From: a virus | Taxonomy: Duplodnaviria; Caudoviricetes | Reading direction: 5' to 3' (one strand) | Virus record (IMG/VR): IMGVR_UViG_3300020042_009526 | Coordinates: 1-41,043 of that record | DNA: 41,043 nucleotides | Shown here: positions 16,939 through 27,149 of the stretch, one piece after another | How the letters are laid out: every line of letters begins with the position of its first letter | Numbering within the stretch: the stretch's first letter is position 1 | The notes under the pieces: model-generated | What the model was told of the DNA's origin: nothing | The model's input: the letters and a program-made list of their open reading frames with translations, nothing else | Database searches by the model: none | Translations under genes and position numbers: made by a program

Positions 16939-19900
16939 ATGGCTGAAACATTTCATGTAGATTTTACGGGTAATGATCAGTTATCCCCTATCCTTAAAGA
17001 AGTCAGTACTAAATTTGAAAGTACGGTGACATCTTCGGAAGATGCAAAAAAAGCATTGGCTTCTTTTGCAAGTACATTAACACGTACATCAAAAATTAAT
17101 ATTGGAAATATTACAAACGATTTAAGTAAGTTTTCAACAACAACATCTAATATGTCGAAAATTGGCAGTTCGTCAGCCAATTTAGATGCCTTTGTAAAGT
17201 CATTAAGTAAGATTAGTAAAATTAGTTTAGGCAACAGTGCAAGTGAATTAAATTTACTTGTTACTTCAATGGTTAAAATGTCAACGGTAGGTTCACCTGC
17301 TGGTTTGAATAACATGATAAATGCACTAAAAGGTGCATCATTTGCAAAATTAGCCACTCAAATGGATCGTCTTGCAATTTCAACTACAACTGTTGCTAAG
17401 AATATGGCATTAATTGCACAAGCAGTGGCAAAATTGCCAGCAACAAATATTGTTGTAAGAAATCAAAACACAAGTTCACCTACACCACAATTAAGTGGTG
17501 GTGGTACTGCTGGTGGTGGCAATGCTGTTAGTAACATGAATAAAACATGGCAATCAACATTGCATTCGTTTAATTCACTTATGTTTGCACTTTCCGTAGT
17601 TAGACATGGATTTGAAAAATTATATGACATGATTCAGCGTGGGAATGAATTAGAAAAATCACAAGTAACTTTATTAGGATTGGTGCAAACTGCTGGATTA
17701 ATTCCAAGTGCAAATGCTGCAATAAAATATGCACAAGCCATGCAAGTTGCATATGCCAATCAAATGAAATTTGGTGGAACACTAAAAGAAAACATTGATT
17801 CATTATTAGTTTTCCAGCAAATTAGTAACACAAGCGGTGTGTCATTGCAAAACCTAAATGACATCATCAATTTGTTGTCATTGCGAGATCCAGCACAAGG
17901 CATCCAAGGTGCAACAATTGCGCTTCAAGAATTATTGTCTGGCGATCCCATGTCGTTGCGTCGTCGTTTTGAATTACCAGCAGATGAGGTAAATAAACTT
18001 GCAAGTTACGCTGGTGATGCAAATGCACAAATCGCTGGCTTAACTGAATTGCTTAACAAGCAAGGTATTACTGCTGACATTTTATCGGCACGTTTGAATA
18101 CTACAGCAGCGTCATATGACAGATTAAACGCAGCTGCAAATAATTCATTAGATATTATTGGTCAATCAACTGCTAGATTTTTCCAAGGCCCAGCAGATGC
18201 AATTGCTGCTTTTTTGGCAAGAAATTCTGCAACATTAATGGCTGACCAAGCGGTTGACGTTGATTTGTCTAAGGGTGAAAAAATTGTTGATATTACAAGA
18301 AGAATGACTGCTGAGAAAAAAGCATATTATGAGGAATTAGTTCGTAGTGGCATAATTGAAAATGAGGTGGTAAAAAATCGCCTTATAGCAGAAGATGTTG
18401 CATATAATAACGCAGTTGAATATGATCGAAAACAACGATTGTTAATTGCAGAGCGCAATCGTTTAGCACGCATTGCATTTGTTGAATCAACAGGGGCTGA
18501 TCCGGTTATTGCTGGTTATTCGTCAAAGTTTGACGACATGATTGACAAACAGCGTCAGTCAAACGAAAACAAGGCGACAGAGGTTGTGTTAAATGCGGCA
18601 GTGCGTGCATCCGAGGAGGGGCATGAAAATGTTGCCGAGCGGTTATCTCGCATTCGTGGTATTTCGATTGAGCAAGCTCAAGAAATGATTCAATTAAAGT
18701 TAGACGAAAATGCCATCACGCAAGAACAAGCGGATATTGCGATGGGATTGTCTGCAAATATTGAAACCTTAAGTGAAGCCTATCGTAGTTTAATTGATTC
18801 TATGATTGCATCAAATCAAGAGGGATTAAAACAACAGAATGTCACGTCGTTACTAGATGAAGCGAATAAGGCACTTATTGGTGGCACATTGCAATTATCA
18901 GCAGCGCAAGGCATTATTGCATCTGCATTTGGTGTTACCAATGACAAGGCTAAGGAATTATTGCTTGGCATGATGAAACTTGCCAATTTTGATATTTCAG
19001 CTATTACAAGAAAAGTTACCGGCATTTACATACCTGGTACTGAAGAATTTTATGGTGGTCAAGCTGGTCAAGCGCAACGAGAAATGTTGCGAGCGTATGC
19101 TGATGATGGTAAGGGATATGTGCGCAATGTAGCGTACATGGATAAAGTAAATAAGATTTTGAATGAAAAATCAAAAGAAAAAACCGGCATTGTTAAAGAC
19201 AACAATGACAAAATGCTGGAAATCGAACAAGATACATTGCAGAAGTTACTTGCATTTGATGAGGAATCATACCGCAAGCGAATTAGAGCATTGCAATCAT
19301 ACTATGCATCTACATTGCAAATGCAACAAATGCAATCATATGAGATGATGGCAAATGATCTTGACTTGGTCGAGGGCAAGGGCAAGGAAATTGATGCTAA
19401 AGAAAAGCAACGATTGTTGGCACGTGAAAACATTGAAGCGTATCATCAATTAAAAACCAATGAGGCAGTGCGCAAAGCAAATGAAATTGCAGCTGCTGGT
19501 GAGGGCAAGTTTGCACAAACTTTCTTATCTATTCAAGAAGAAAAGTTTGCCAAGCAAGACGAATTAGCATGGAAATATCACGACACACAAGTCAGACTTG
19601 GTAAAGATCCAGAGGCACTTGAGCGTGCCAAAACAATTTACGATAAATCATTAGCTGCGTTAGATGAGTATTACGGCACAAAAACCAGCATAGCTGAAGC
19701 TGCGTCACGAGATGAAAGTGAAGCGGAGCGAATGCAACGCAAGCAGATTATTACCGATGCAATTGATGCCGTAAAAGATTTAACTGATGTTGACGAAACC
19801 GGTCGTAAGAACATCATTGACAATCTTACTATTGCTGGCAATAGCATTAACGATTTATCTGGCAGGTATGTTGCCGGTGTTGATGCCATGCGTGGTTCGT

Positions 19901-20160
19901 TAGAATTGCTTGCAGCTGCAATGCTAAAGGTGAAAGAAAACGCTAGCATCCTTACACCAGAGCAGTTAGCTGGATTCAATGGAATGCCATCTGGCATTGG
20001 TGGTGGTCAAGGTACGATTTCCATTACTGATAGCAACAACACGACCAATGTAAATGTTGGTGGCATTAGCGTATCAGTAACGAGTCAAGCTGATCCTAAT
20101 GAAATTGCCAAAACAGTATTGTCAATTCTTCAAGGTCAAATCAATGATCGGAGGCCTTAA
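16939..20160 (+). CDS. Tape measure protein
   Basis: ~1070 aa, helical and Ala-rich, after the chaperones; start placed at ATG 16939 behind AGGTAGGGG. Confidence 0.88.
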   Translation: MAETFHVDFTGNDQLSPILKEVSTKFESTVTSSEDAKKALASFASTLTRTSKINIGNITNDLSKFSTTTSNMSKIGSSSANLDAFVKSLSKISKISLGNSASELNLLVTSMVKMSTVGSPAGLNNMINALKGASFAKLATQMDRLAISTTTVAKNMALIAQAVAKLPATNIVVRNQNTSSPTPQLSGGGTAGGGNAVSNMNKTWQSTLHSFNSLMFALSVVRHGFEKLYDMIQRGNELEKSQVTLLGLVQTAGLIPSANAAIKYAQAMQVAYANQMKFGGTLKENIDSLLVFQQISNTSGVSLQNLNDIINLLSLRDPAQGIQGATIALQELLSGDPMSLRRRFELPADEVNKLASYAGDANAQIAGLTELLNKQGITADILSARLNTTAASYDRLNAAANNSLDIIGQSTARFFQGPADAIAAFLARNSATLMADQAVDVDLSKGEKIVDITRRMTAEKKAYYEELVRSGIIENEVVKNRLIAEDVAYNNAVEYDRKQRLLIAERNRLARIAFVESTGADPVIAGYSSKFDDMIDKQRQSNENKATEVVLNAAVRASEEGHENVAERLSRIRGISIEQAQEMIQLKLDENAITQEQADIAMGLSANIETLSEAYRSLIDSMIASNQEGLKQQNVTSLLDEANKALIGGTLQLSAAQGIIASAFGVTNDKAKELLLGMMKLANFDISAITRKVTGIYIPGTEEFYGGQAGQAQREMLRAYADDGKGYVRNVAYMDKVNKILNEKSKEKTGIVKDNNDKMLEIEQDTLQKLLAFDEESYRKRIRALQSYYASTLQMQQMQSYEMMANDLDLVEGKGKEIDAKEKQRLLARENIEAYHQLKTNEAVRKANEIAAAGEGKFAQTFLSIQEEKFAKQDELAWKYHDTQVRLGKDPEALERAKTIYDKSLAALDEYYGTKTSIAEAASRDESEAERMQRKQIITDAIDAVKDLTDVDETGRKNIIDNLTIAGNSINDLSGRYVAGVDAMRGSLELLAAAMLKVKENASILTPEQLAGFNGMPSGIGGGQGTISITDSNNTTNVNVGGISVSVTSQADPNEIAKTVLSILQGQINDRRP

Positions 20161-21591
20161 TTGTTTATCACATGGGGTACGTATTTTAAGCCATTACATT
20201 TAAATAACACGAGTGGTATGGGTATAGTAAGTGGTAGTGTATCATCTGCGACAACTACTCCAATTGTTGTGACTTCCGAGGCAGATGGTCGCACCTATAC
20301 GCCAACAGCAACGCAACTGATTGACGTGTATTCTGGTGGCGCACCATTTACATTGACACAAGAATTAGTGCAACGTGGAGCGGAAATCCAAGAAGATACT
20401 ATCGAGGTTGCCGTAATAGGATCGTCGCCAAATAACTGCATGGAAATTGTGCAAACAATTCGCAAGGCACTTACTTACCAAGAATATACCGGCCCACAAA
20501 TCTTGCGCATCAAACACGCACAACAAACCACATACACCGAGTGGTTAATCCATAGTGCGTTAGTTCAAGAAAAACCGGAAACATTTGGACGTGATTTGAA
20601 AAACTATAAAAATCCGATTGTGTATCTGCAATTAACACTTACTCGCTCTCCATACGGAAGTGATAGCAGTTATACATCATCAGCAGTAATTCAAACGCTT
20701 GCATTCCAAGATGCACCGGTATCTATTGTCAATCCATCAACGTCATTACTTGGAAGTTTAGTAAATGTTGATATAAACTTTTATCTATCAGCAACCACTT
20801 ACAAATTTGGGCCTGTTGCGCTTGCGATTACCAGCAATGATACATTTAGCGCAACAAACACTACAACGAGTGGCACGATTACAGCTGGCAATACTTACAC
20901 ATACGCAACACTACTTACATACAATGTGCGAGATAACAGCAATGTAACTGCGCCATTGCAAATTGCAGTAGTTATGAGCAATGTGCAATCAAACGAAATC
21001 GAAATGAGAGCATCAATCAAGGGGTATAACACTCCATATGTGCGATCTGTTGGTACGCAAATTAACAGCAGTAACGCCACAAATCGTTTGTTTATTTTGC
21101 CACCTATTGATATAGATAACTTGTTTAGTGGATATGCTGATTACTACATCAATTTTAATTTGCCGGTGCAAATTCAACTGCGCAATATTAATCGTGGCTC
21201 ATCTCGCACATTTACTTTTTCTAAAATATTTATGTATCGTAGCAATCAAATTGTGGAATTATTTCCAACAAGTGATTGGACATCCCGTACTGAAGATAAT
21301 GTTTCGTACAATTTAATTTCATTTTATGACCAAGTGGAATTTCCTGCACAACCATTGCCATATCTCAAAGGATTTATTACTACGACAAATATTGGCGAAA
21401 GATACACGTTTAATGAAGCGTGTGAAATCCGAGGCACAAACATTCGCATATCGGACCAAACAGGTGTATTGAATTGTGTGATGTATGTCATGGATTCAAC
21501 GTGTTCTTATTATCCTTATAGTGCGCTTGACTATCCATTAATTGAAGCGGAATTTAAATTTGCCTCTATCTATCAGTCAATAAAGGGATAA
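20161..21591 (+). CDS. Minor tail protein (distal tail-like)
   Basis: Immediately after TMP, beta-rich, TTG start behind GGAGG. Confidence 0.6.
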   Translation: MFITWGTYFKPLHLNNTSGMGIVSGSVSSATTTPIVVTSEADGRTYTPTATQLIDVYSGGAPFTLTQELVQRGAEIQEDTIEVAVIGSSPNNCMEIVQTIRKALTYQEYTGPQILRIKHAQQTTYTEWLIHSALVQEKPETFGRDLKNYKNPIVYLQLTLTRSPYGSDSSYTSSAVIQTLAFQDAPVSIVNPSTSLLGSLVNVDINFYLSATTYKFGPVALAITSNDTFSATNTTTSGTITAGNTYTYATLLTYNVRDNSNVTAPLQIAVVMSNVQSNEIEMRASIKGYNTPYVRSVGTQINSSNATNRLFILPPIDIDNLFSGYADYYINFNLPVQIQLRNINRGSSRTFTFSKIFMYRSNQIVELFPTSDWTSRTEDNVSYNLISFYDQVEFPAQPLPYLKGFITTTNIGERYTFNEACEIRGTNIRISDQTGVLNCVMYVMDSTCSYYPYSALDYPLIEAEFKFASIYQSIKG

Positions 21592-21592
21592 C

Positions 21593-22747
21593 ATGATAGA
21601 CAAATTGACAGTCAACTTGCTGACAGGTAGCACATACAATACACCAATTTACACAAATGTTACGCAGATAGCTGGTAATATTTCTAGTTATGCTCATTCA
21701 ATAACCGCACTTGGTGGATGTGAAAGCGCAACCATTAAGTTAGATGTTCCTGTTAAACAGGCAGCGCAATACCTGAATTCAGTACTAAACCATGTACGAG
21801 TGTACGATCAATACGCACAACAAATCTGGTGTGGTATCGTAAATCGCGTGACGATTGACTTTGGCAGTGCAACTACATCAATTGGTGTAGAGAATTATGC
21901 CAGCAGGTTTGCATTGTATACCGGCAATGGTACGCTTGCATCATCATCGTTGTATGATGATAATGTTGCCAGAGCGTATGGTGATAAATTCCAAGTCATA
22001 CGGTTAAACGGCACAACCATATCGGCTGCAATGCAAACAGCATTGCTCACACGCCACCTTAATCGCTATGGCGCACCTACTATCGAAACAAAGACTACTG
22101 CCGAGTCTAGAAGCCGACAGGTGTGTAGTATCACACTTGAATGTATTGGGTATTACCAAATAACCAATTGGAAGTGTCCAACTGCAACGTTTGCTGGCAC
22201 TGCTGTTGATATTGCACAAAGCATTGTGAATGTCATGGGATTGGTGCTGAATCCAAATGCATGGTTTACGATTGGATATACACTGCCAACAACCGGCAAT
22301 CTTAACGCTGCAACAAACACATGGGATGCATATACAAGCTACAATCAGATTCTCAATGATTTGTATGAGGTAGGCACATCAGCTGGTCAAACACTTATGT
22401 ATGGTGTGTTTGGTGATGGTCAATACACATTAGATATAGCGCAAATTAATTACTCAACAATTCACTATATCAAGCAACTTGGTAGCTCCAAGATATACTC
22501 AATTGCCGGTAACGAAATCCCTCCAACACAAGTTATACCAGATCGCAATTTAAGTATTCAAGAGCTAAAACCGTTGTATAGTACATATGCACAAACTTAC
22601 CCTGGTTTGCAGTATATTAACCGTGTCAGTCTGCAAATCGACCGCAATGGTTATCAGCTAAACTTAGAGCCAGCAGATTTGTACGATGCCGGATTGGAAT
22701 TAGCACTGCTTGTAAAGGCAAACAAATTCAAGCACTCGAATAAGTAA
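21593..22747 (+). CDS. Minor tail/baseplate hub protein
   Basis: GGCESATI, VRVYD...IWCGIV and YGDK motifs; position in tail module. Confidence 0.6.
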   Translation: MIDKLTVNLLTGSTYNTPIYTNVTQIAGNISSYAHSITALGGCESATIKLDVPVKQAAQYLNSVLNHVRVYDQYAQQIWCGIVNRVTIDFGSATTSIGVENYASRFALYTGNGTLASSSLYDDNVARAYGDKFQVIRLNGTTISAAMQTALLTRHLNRYGAPTIETKTTAESRSRQVCSITLECIGYYQITNWKCPTATFAGTAVDIAQSIVNVMGLVLNPNAWFTIGYTLPTTGNLNAATNTWDAYTSYNQILNDLYEVGTSAGQTLMYGVFGDGQYTLDIAQINYSTIHYIKQLGSSKIYSIAGNEIPPTQVIPDRNLSIQELKPLYSTYAQTYPGLQYINRVSLQIDRNGYQLNLEPADLYDAGLELALLVKANKFKHSNK

Positions 22748-22757
22748 GGAATGCCAT

Positions 22758-23222
22758 ATGCGAATTTTAGGTGGGACTAAAACATCACACGAACATCTTT
22801 ATAATTGGATGGGATCATACACACGACATTTGGATGTTGATGTGCGACATGAGTTAAGCATTGCCTACACCACGTTTGGACATCTTACGAGTATAGGCAA
22901 TGTATGGATATTTGCTCATGCCATTCATGAAAGTGATTTTTTTAAAAAAGAAACATTCATGAGAGCAAATAATCCTGCCATCAATAGCAAGCACGTGTTT
23001 GATACGGCAACAGCTGGTGTTGCAGCGCACTTTGCGCACGTACTCGCTTATGCCACCTTAGATGATGGATTGGATGATATGACCAAAACATTCATTCGTC
23101 TATCGCCAGCACTATCGCAGATACAAAAATCGGGATTGCGTTGTAGCGTACAAACTTGGGAAGATTTGGCTAAAGTCAATTTTGAGAGCGTAAAGCAAAT
23201 TGTGAAAACCATTGGCTACTAG
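22758..23222 (+). CDS. Divergent glucosaminidase/lysozyme-like protein
   Basis: AHAIHESDFF...NNPA...FDTATAGVAAHFAHVLAYA resembles GH73-type domains. Confidence 0.5.
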   Translation: MRILGGTKTSHEHLYNWMGSYTRHLDVDVRHELSIAYTTFGHLTSIGNVWIFAHAIHESDFFKKETFMRANNPAINSKHVFDTATAGVAAHFAHVLAYATLDDGLDDMTKTFIRLSPALSQIQKSGLRCSVQTWEDLAKVNFESVKQIVKTIGY

Positions 23223-23577
23223 TGTCACTGTTAAAATATACAATGACTTTTCCCTGCTTAACCACGGTTTTCCTTGTTACTGCAAGCGTAGTTACCATGC
23301 TATCATCAAGATGCAATCCGTCAAAGATTGCATCTTGAAGCACCTTGATGATGTTGTCTAGATCTCGTTTGCGCTTGTCTGGTGGATATACTTCAATGAA
23401 CAGCTGAAGTGGTGGCAGTGGTAATCCACGTAGTTGCTTTCCATTTGCAACAAGTGTGCGTACTATGTATTTGAATTCAATGAATTCTGGTTTGAGCAAT
23501 CGCTTACCACTTTTAATTGTCATGTACGCATGATTAATTGTTGGTGGATATGGTAGCTCTATGCTCCATCCGTCCAT
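23176..23577 (-). CDS. rusA: RusA family Holliday junction resolvase
   Basis: LPYPPTINH, PPDKRKRDLDNIIKVLQDA and DDSMV; start may be 23577-23607. Confidence 0.9.
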   Translation of the reverse strand: MDGWSIELPYPPTINHAYMTIKSGKRLLKPEFIEFKYIVRTLVANGKQLRGLPLPPLQLFIEVYPPDKRKRDLDNIIKVLQDAIFDGLHLDDSMVTTLAVTRKTVVKQGKVIVYFNSDTSSQWFSQFALRSQN

Positions 23578-24179
23578 TTGATTACTCTGCCGTTTTTCCA
23601 TGCCCAAGTTTCTACTTCCTGTTTATTCCAGATTTGTTGATTTGGATACTTGATAATTGATGGTTTTGGGAATTCATTCAAGCGCAACCAATTGGTAATC
23701 GTTTGGTTTACTACGCCAAATGCGGTTACTACTTCCCTGCGATTGACTAACCACTTGCTAGACTTCTGCCGGCACTCATCGACCAATCGCAAAAACCGAG
23801 GATCTAGTACATCCCTGCGATTCCATTGAATATCTGCCATGCCACCAATTAGCCAATCCTTTATTTGCTGAATTGTGAAATAGCGTTTAGCACCACGAAT
23901 ATATCCATTCAATCCATGTGTCAAATAGTTTTCAATTTGTGTGCGATGCACTGCCATCATCGCAGCTAAATCATGTGCGCTTATATCGCTATCTTCAAGC
24001 GGTGTGTTCATGTTTAACTTTAGTCTACTGACTTGTGTGTACACACTATAGGTAGATCGTTTTAGTGTGTAGGCAATATCTCGCACTGACAATCCTGCTT
24101 GGTGCATCTTCTGCAACCAGAGCAATTCTTCTTCTTGCCAATTCCGATATGTGCGGTTTTTGTATCGTGGCTCACTCAT
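23559..24179 (-). CDS. Multi-HTH DNA-binding protein
   Basis: W..EE...L...GLSVRDIAYTLKRS HTH, a central HTH, and C-terminal AlpA-like TITNW...FPKP...W. Confidence 0.65.
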   Translation of the reverse strand: MSEPRYKNRTYRNWQEEELLWLQKMHQAGLSVRDIAYTLKRSTYSVYTQVSRLKLNMNTPLEDSDISAHDLAAMMAVHRTQIENYLTHGLNGYIRGAKRYFTIQQIKDWLIGGMADIQWNRRDVLDPRFLRLVDECRQKSSKWLVNRREVVTAFGVVNQTITNWLRLNEFPKPSIIKYPNQQIWNKQEVETWAWKNGRVIKWTDGA

Positions 24180-25419
24180 TGTTATACTCCATAATTCGTT
24201 TACCAATCCACTCTGCAACATTTACTGATACAGCGTTGCCTAATTGTTTGTATCTTTGGGTATCTTGTTGTCCATCAGTCCATCCATCGGGAAAGCCTTG
24301 CAATCGCTCACATTCTGTTGGTGTTAACCGTCGCACACCAACAAGTGGCACATTGTTACCACCTGTGCCCATTTTAGCCGATAGCGTTGGTACAATATCT
24401 TGATTATTTGATACACGAATAGGATCATAACCGTGTGATGCTTCCCAAAGTGTATTATCAACAATCAGCATTTGTGCGTGATGTGATGTAGTAGCTGGTT
24501 GTAATGCTTGCAATGCAAGTGACTTATCTATTTCCGTTAATGAAAATGTATTTGCCTTATCATCTTCTCGCATACTATACGTTATTGGAATTAACGTGCC
24601 GGTATCACCTGAATGTCGCATACCCTCTTTAGTAGTAATTGGATTAGATGATTTTGGAATACTAAATGAAATGTACTGATCTTGTGTAGCAGAAATAGTA
24701 AATGCACATTCATTGGATTCAAGATAGCCTAATCCGCCTGGTTTTGTTGCAACACCGCCTCGCTCTCCGGTTGGATTTCCACCATTTCTAAATTTCCAAC
24801 ACCAGCTACGTTTATCAGTGCATTCATCAGTGGGGCTGGTATTTTTTTCCCCCTTTTTTCGGCTCGTCGAATGATGCCTTGAGATGCTATTTTGCTCAAA
24901 TAATACTTTGGCAAAACTTGTTGTTCCAAAACTTGCGACAATGAACACTCTTTTTCGTCGCTGGGCCAATCCGAAATATTGAGAGTCAAACACTCGCCAG
25001 CCCACACCATACCCCCTGTTTGCCAGCCATTGAATGATGGTGGCAAAATCTTCTCCGCTTGCTGAAGAAAATAAACCTGGGACGTTTTCGATGACCACCC
25101 ATTTTGGCTCAATTTCGTCAATAATTCTTGCGAATTCAAACCAAAGTCCGGATCGTTTCCCATCCAATCCAGCACGCTTTCCTGCAACCGAAACGTCTTG
25201 ACATGGGAATCCTCCGGAAATAAGGTTAATTGTTCCTTTGGCATGATTACTTGCTCCAATCTTTTTTACATCATCATATAATTCGGCATCGGGAAATCGC
25301 TTGCGTAGCACCTTTTGTGCGTGTTTATCAATCTCGCACATACCAACAATATCCATACCAGCACGTAAAAACCCTAAATCAAATCCACCTATCCCACTAA
25401 ATAAGGATAATGCTTTCAT
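24172..25419 (-). CDS. DNA cytosine-C5 methyltransferase
   Basis: LFSGIGG, GGFPCQD, ENVPG, QRRKRVF, RRLTPTECERLQGFP and YKQLGNAV. Confidence 0.95.
   Translation of the reverse strand: MKALSLFSGIGGFDLGFLRAGMDIVGMCEIDKHAQKVLRKRFPDAELYDDVKKIGASNHAKGTINLISGGFPCQDVSVAGKRAGLDGKRSGLWFEFARIIDEIEPKWVVIENVPGLFSSASGEDFATIIQWLANRGYGVGWRVFDSQYFGLAQRRKRVFIVASFGTTSFAKVLFEQNSISRHHSTSRKKGEKNTSPTDECTDKRSWCWKFRNGGNPTGERGGVATKPGGLGYLESNECAFTISATQDQYISFSIPKSSNPITTKEGMRHSGDTGTLIPITYSMREDDKANTFSLTEIDKSLALQALQPATTSHHAQMLIVDNTLWEASHGYDPIRVSNNQDIVPTLSAKMGTGGNNVPLVGVRRLTPTECERLQGFPDGWTDGQQDTQRYKQLGNAVSVNVAEWIGKRIMEYNNE
24729..25259 (-). CDS. Nested alternative-frame ORF inside the C5 MTase (possible beta-subunit-like polypeptide)
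   Basis: 176 stop-free codons within the MTase gene; CSLSQVLE...KYYLS..A..GIIRRAEKRGK.IP..L recalled from overlapping ORFs of similar MTases. Confidence 0.6.
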   Translation of the reverse strand: MEQVIMPKEQLTLFPEDSHVKTFRLQESVLDWMGNDPDFGLNSQELLTKLSQNGWSSKTSQVYFLQQAEKILPPSFNGWQTGGMVWAGECLTLNISDWPSDEKECSLSQVLEQQVLPKYYLSKIASQGIIRRAEKRGKKIPAPLMNALINVAGVGNLEMVEIQPESEAVLQQNQAD

Positions 25420-25649
25420 TTATTATCCCCTAGCTGCACAATCGAATCTACATAGTACGAATCAAAAAACACGGTATTGGTTTCCTTTTTTACTATGTTG
25501 GCAGAGAACAAATTACCATTTGGTGTTCTAAAAGTGATTGTCGTTTTATTTTCACCAATCAATGGCAAAATAGATACAACTTCATCATCAATTTCAAAAC
25601 CAAACATACCATTTGATTGCTTTGCCACAATTCGCACTAGTTTAGCCAT
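25416..25649 (-). CDS. Hypothetical protein
   Basis: 77-aa ORF coupled to both neighbours; RBS AAGGA. Confidence 0.6.
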   Translation of the reverse strand: MAKLVRIVAKQSNGMFGFEIDDEVVSILPLIGENKTTITFRTPNGNLFSANIVKKETNTVFFDSYYVDSIVQLGDNK

Positions 25650-26178
25650 TGCATTTATCCTTACTAATCACAACACCATATTGTTCAAAATGTAATTTAA
25701 AATTACAAGAGTCATTGCCAAAATAGAAAAATGTTTGACCACGTGTGTTGCCGGTTGAAGCTCTGCTATTGGCATAAATGAATTTGATTCGATGATTTGT
25801 AAAACACATAGCAGAGGAATGTTTTAGCAATTTTTGATACCACGATGTATCAGTGCTGGAATTGACAACCATGATAATCTGTGTATCAACATCCATATTT
25901 GATGCATATGTAATAACAGTATCAACTGATTTATTGATTAATCCACGCTCGTATGGTGGATTACACCATACTGATTTTGCTTTTGGCCAATCCAATAAAA
26001 ATGCATCATCATTTTTTGTAAAATATGATTTTGCTTGAATCAGTAAATTTGCTTCATGACAACTAAAAGGATCAAAATGGATTTCACCATCAAATACTTT
26101 TTTTGCTGATTCAATGTATTTTTTTGGCGTATACCAATCATTATCAACCGATTGGATTAAGTACTGTAATTTAGTCAT
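25642..26178 (-). CDS. Phage DNA N6-adenine methyltransferase
   Basis: DWYTP, FDPFS and VWCNPPY catalytic motif. Confidence 0.88.
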   Translation of the reverse strand: MTKLQYLIQSVDNDWYTPKKYIESAKKVFDGEIHFDPFSCHEANLLIQAKSYFTKNDDAFLLDWPKAKSVWCNPPYERGLINKSVDTVITYASNMDVDTQIIMVVNSSTDTSWYQKLLKHSSAMCFTNHRIKFIYANSRASTGNTRGQTFFYFGNDSCNFKLHFEQYGVVISKDKCNG

Positions 26179-27149
26179 TATGCTTTTCCTTTCTCACGGA
26201 TAACTTGACGATACGATTGTAGTGGCAACCAAAGACGGTTTGCTTGATTGATGCGATCTGCAATGCGCTCATCCAGCTTATCGTACAAATCTGCCGGATC
26301 AACGTTGCTGGTGTAGAGTGTCTTACGATGTGTACGACCATCAATGATGCGGAATATGCGCCCACGAATCCAATCAGAGTGATCATCCTCTGCGCCAACG
26401 TCGTCTAATACAAGCACGTCAATGTTCGCTAACCGCTCAATGATAGAGTCTACGGTGTTGAGCTTCACTGCGTGGCGCAGCTCATCAATCAGTGACGGCA
26501 TGACACGGTACATGACACCACATCCCATCTCTGAAAATCGGATTGCCCAAGCCCTCGCCAAGTGGCTTTTGCCACATCCTACATTGCCCCACAAGTAGAA
26601 TGATTTGCCGTTGCCGTATTCGTCGTTGCTCAATACATCGAATGCTTTTTGCAATCGTTGCTTTTGGAAATCAGCAGTGATGGTGTGGTCACCAGATTTA
26701 TAACTTGCCATTGGTCGTGCCAATTCAAACGTATCGAATGTATCATCACCAAACACGTCTAACGACTTCTTGAATAATGTGCCAGCACCATTACACTGAC
26801 ATCGTTGCAGCTGCCCATGTCGGTAGTCTGCCTTGTCTACATCTAACAGATACCATCCAGCACCATCACACTTACAACCTACTACCCATGGTTGTGTGCG
26901 ATACACCACTTTGCGCTTCTTAGCACGGTTTTTGTAATACTCTGCCCAATACTTCTTGGAAGCCTCGAACACTTCCCTACCGGTCATACCATCATGGATT
27001 ATTCCCATTTCCATCAATGGGGATTTCGTCTGCGTATTCGGCAAGATACGATCCCATCCGGCTTTCACGGTGTTGTCGTTGGGTATCCCCTCGTTGTGTT
27101 GATTTGGCATTGCCTTTCCATCCTTTCTGGTACACTTCCAAGCATCCAC
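26178..27149 (-). CDS. DnaC/IstB-like ATPase (helicase loader)
   Basis: Zn finger CKC..AGW...CQC, Walker A GNVGCGKS, Walker B LVLDDVG, TSN and RIADR; true start probably 27110 or 27014. Confidence 0.88.
   Translation of the reverse strand: MDAWKCTRKDGKAMPNQHNEGIPNDNTVKAGWDRILPNTQTKSPLMEMGIIHDGMTGREVFEASKKYWAEYYKNRAKKRKVVYRTQPWVVGCKCDGAGWYLLDVDKADYRHGQLQRCQCNGAGTLFKKSLDVFGDDTFDTFELARPMASYKSGDHTITADFQKQRLQKAFDVLSNDEYGNGKSFYLWGNVGCGKSHLARAWAIRFSEMGCGVMYRVMPSLIDELRHAVKLNTVDSIIERLANIDVLVLDDVGAEDDHSDWIRGRIFRIIDGRTHRKTLYTSNVDPADLYDKLDERIADRINQANRLWLPLQSYRQVIREKGKA

Noticed and set aside
17056-17330. ~42-aa degenerate repeat at the TMP N-terminus
   Set aside because: Internal repeats are normal for tape measure proteins.
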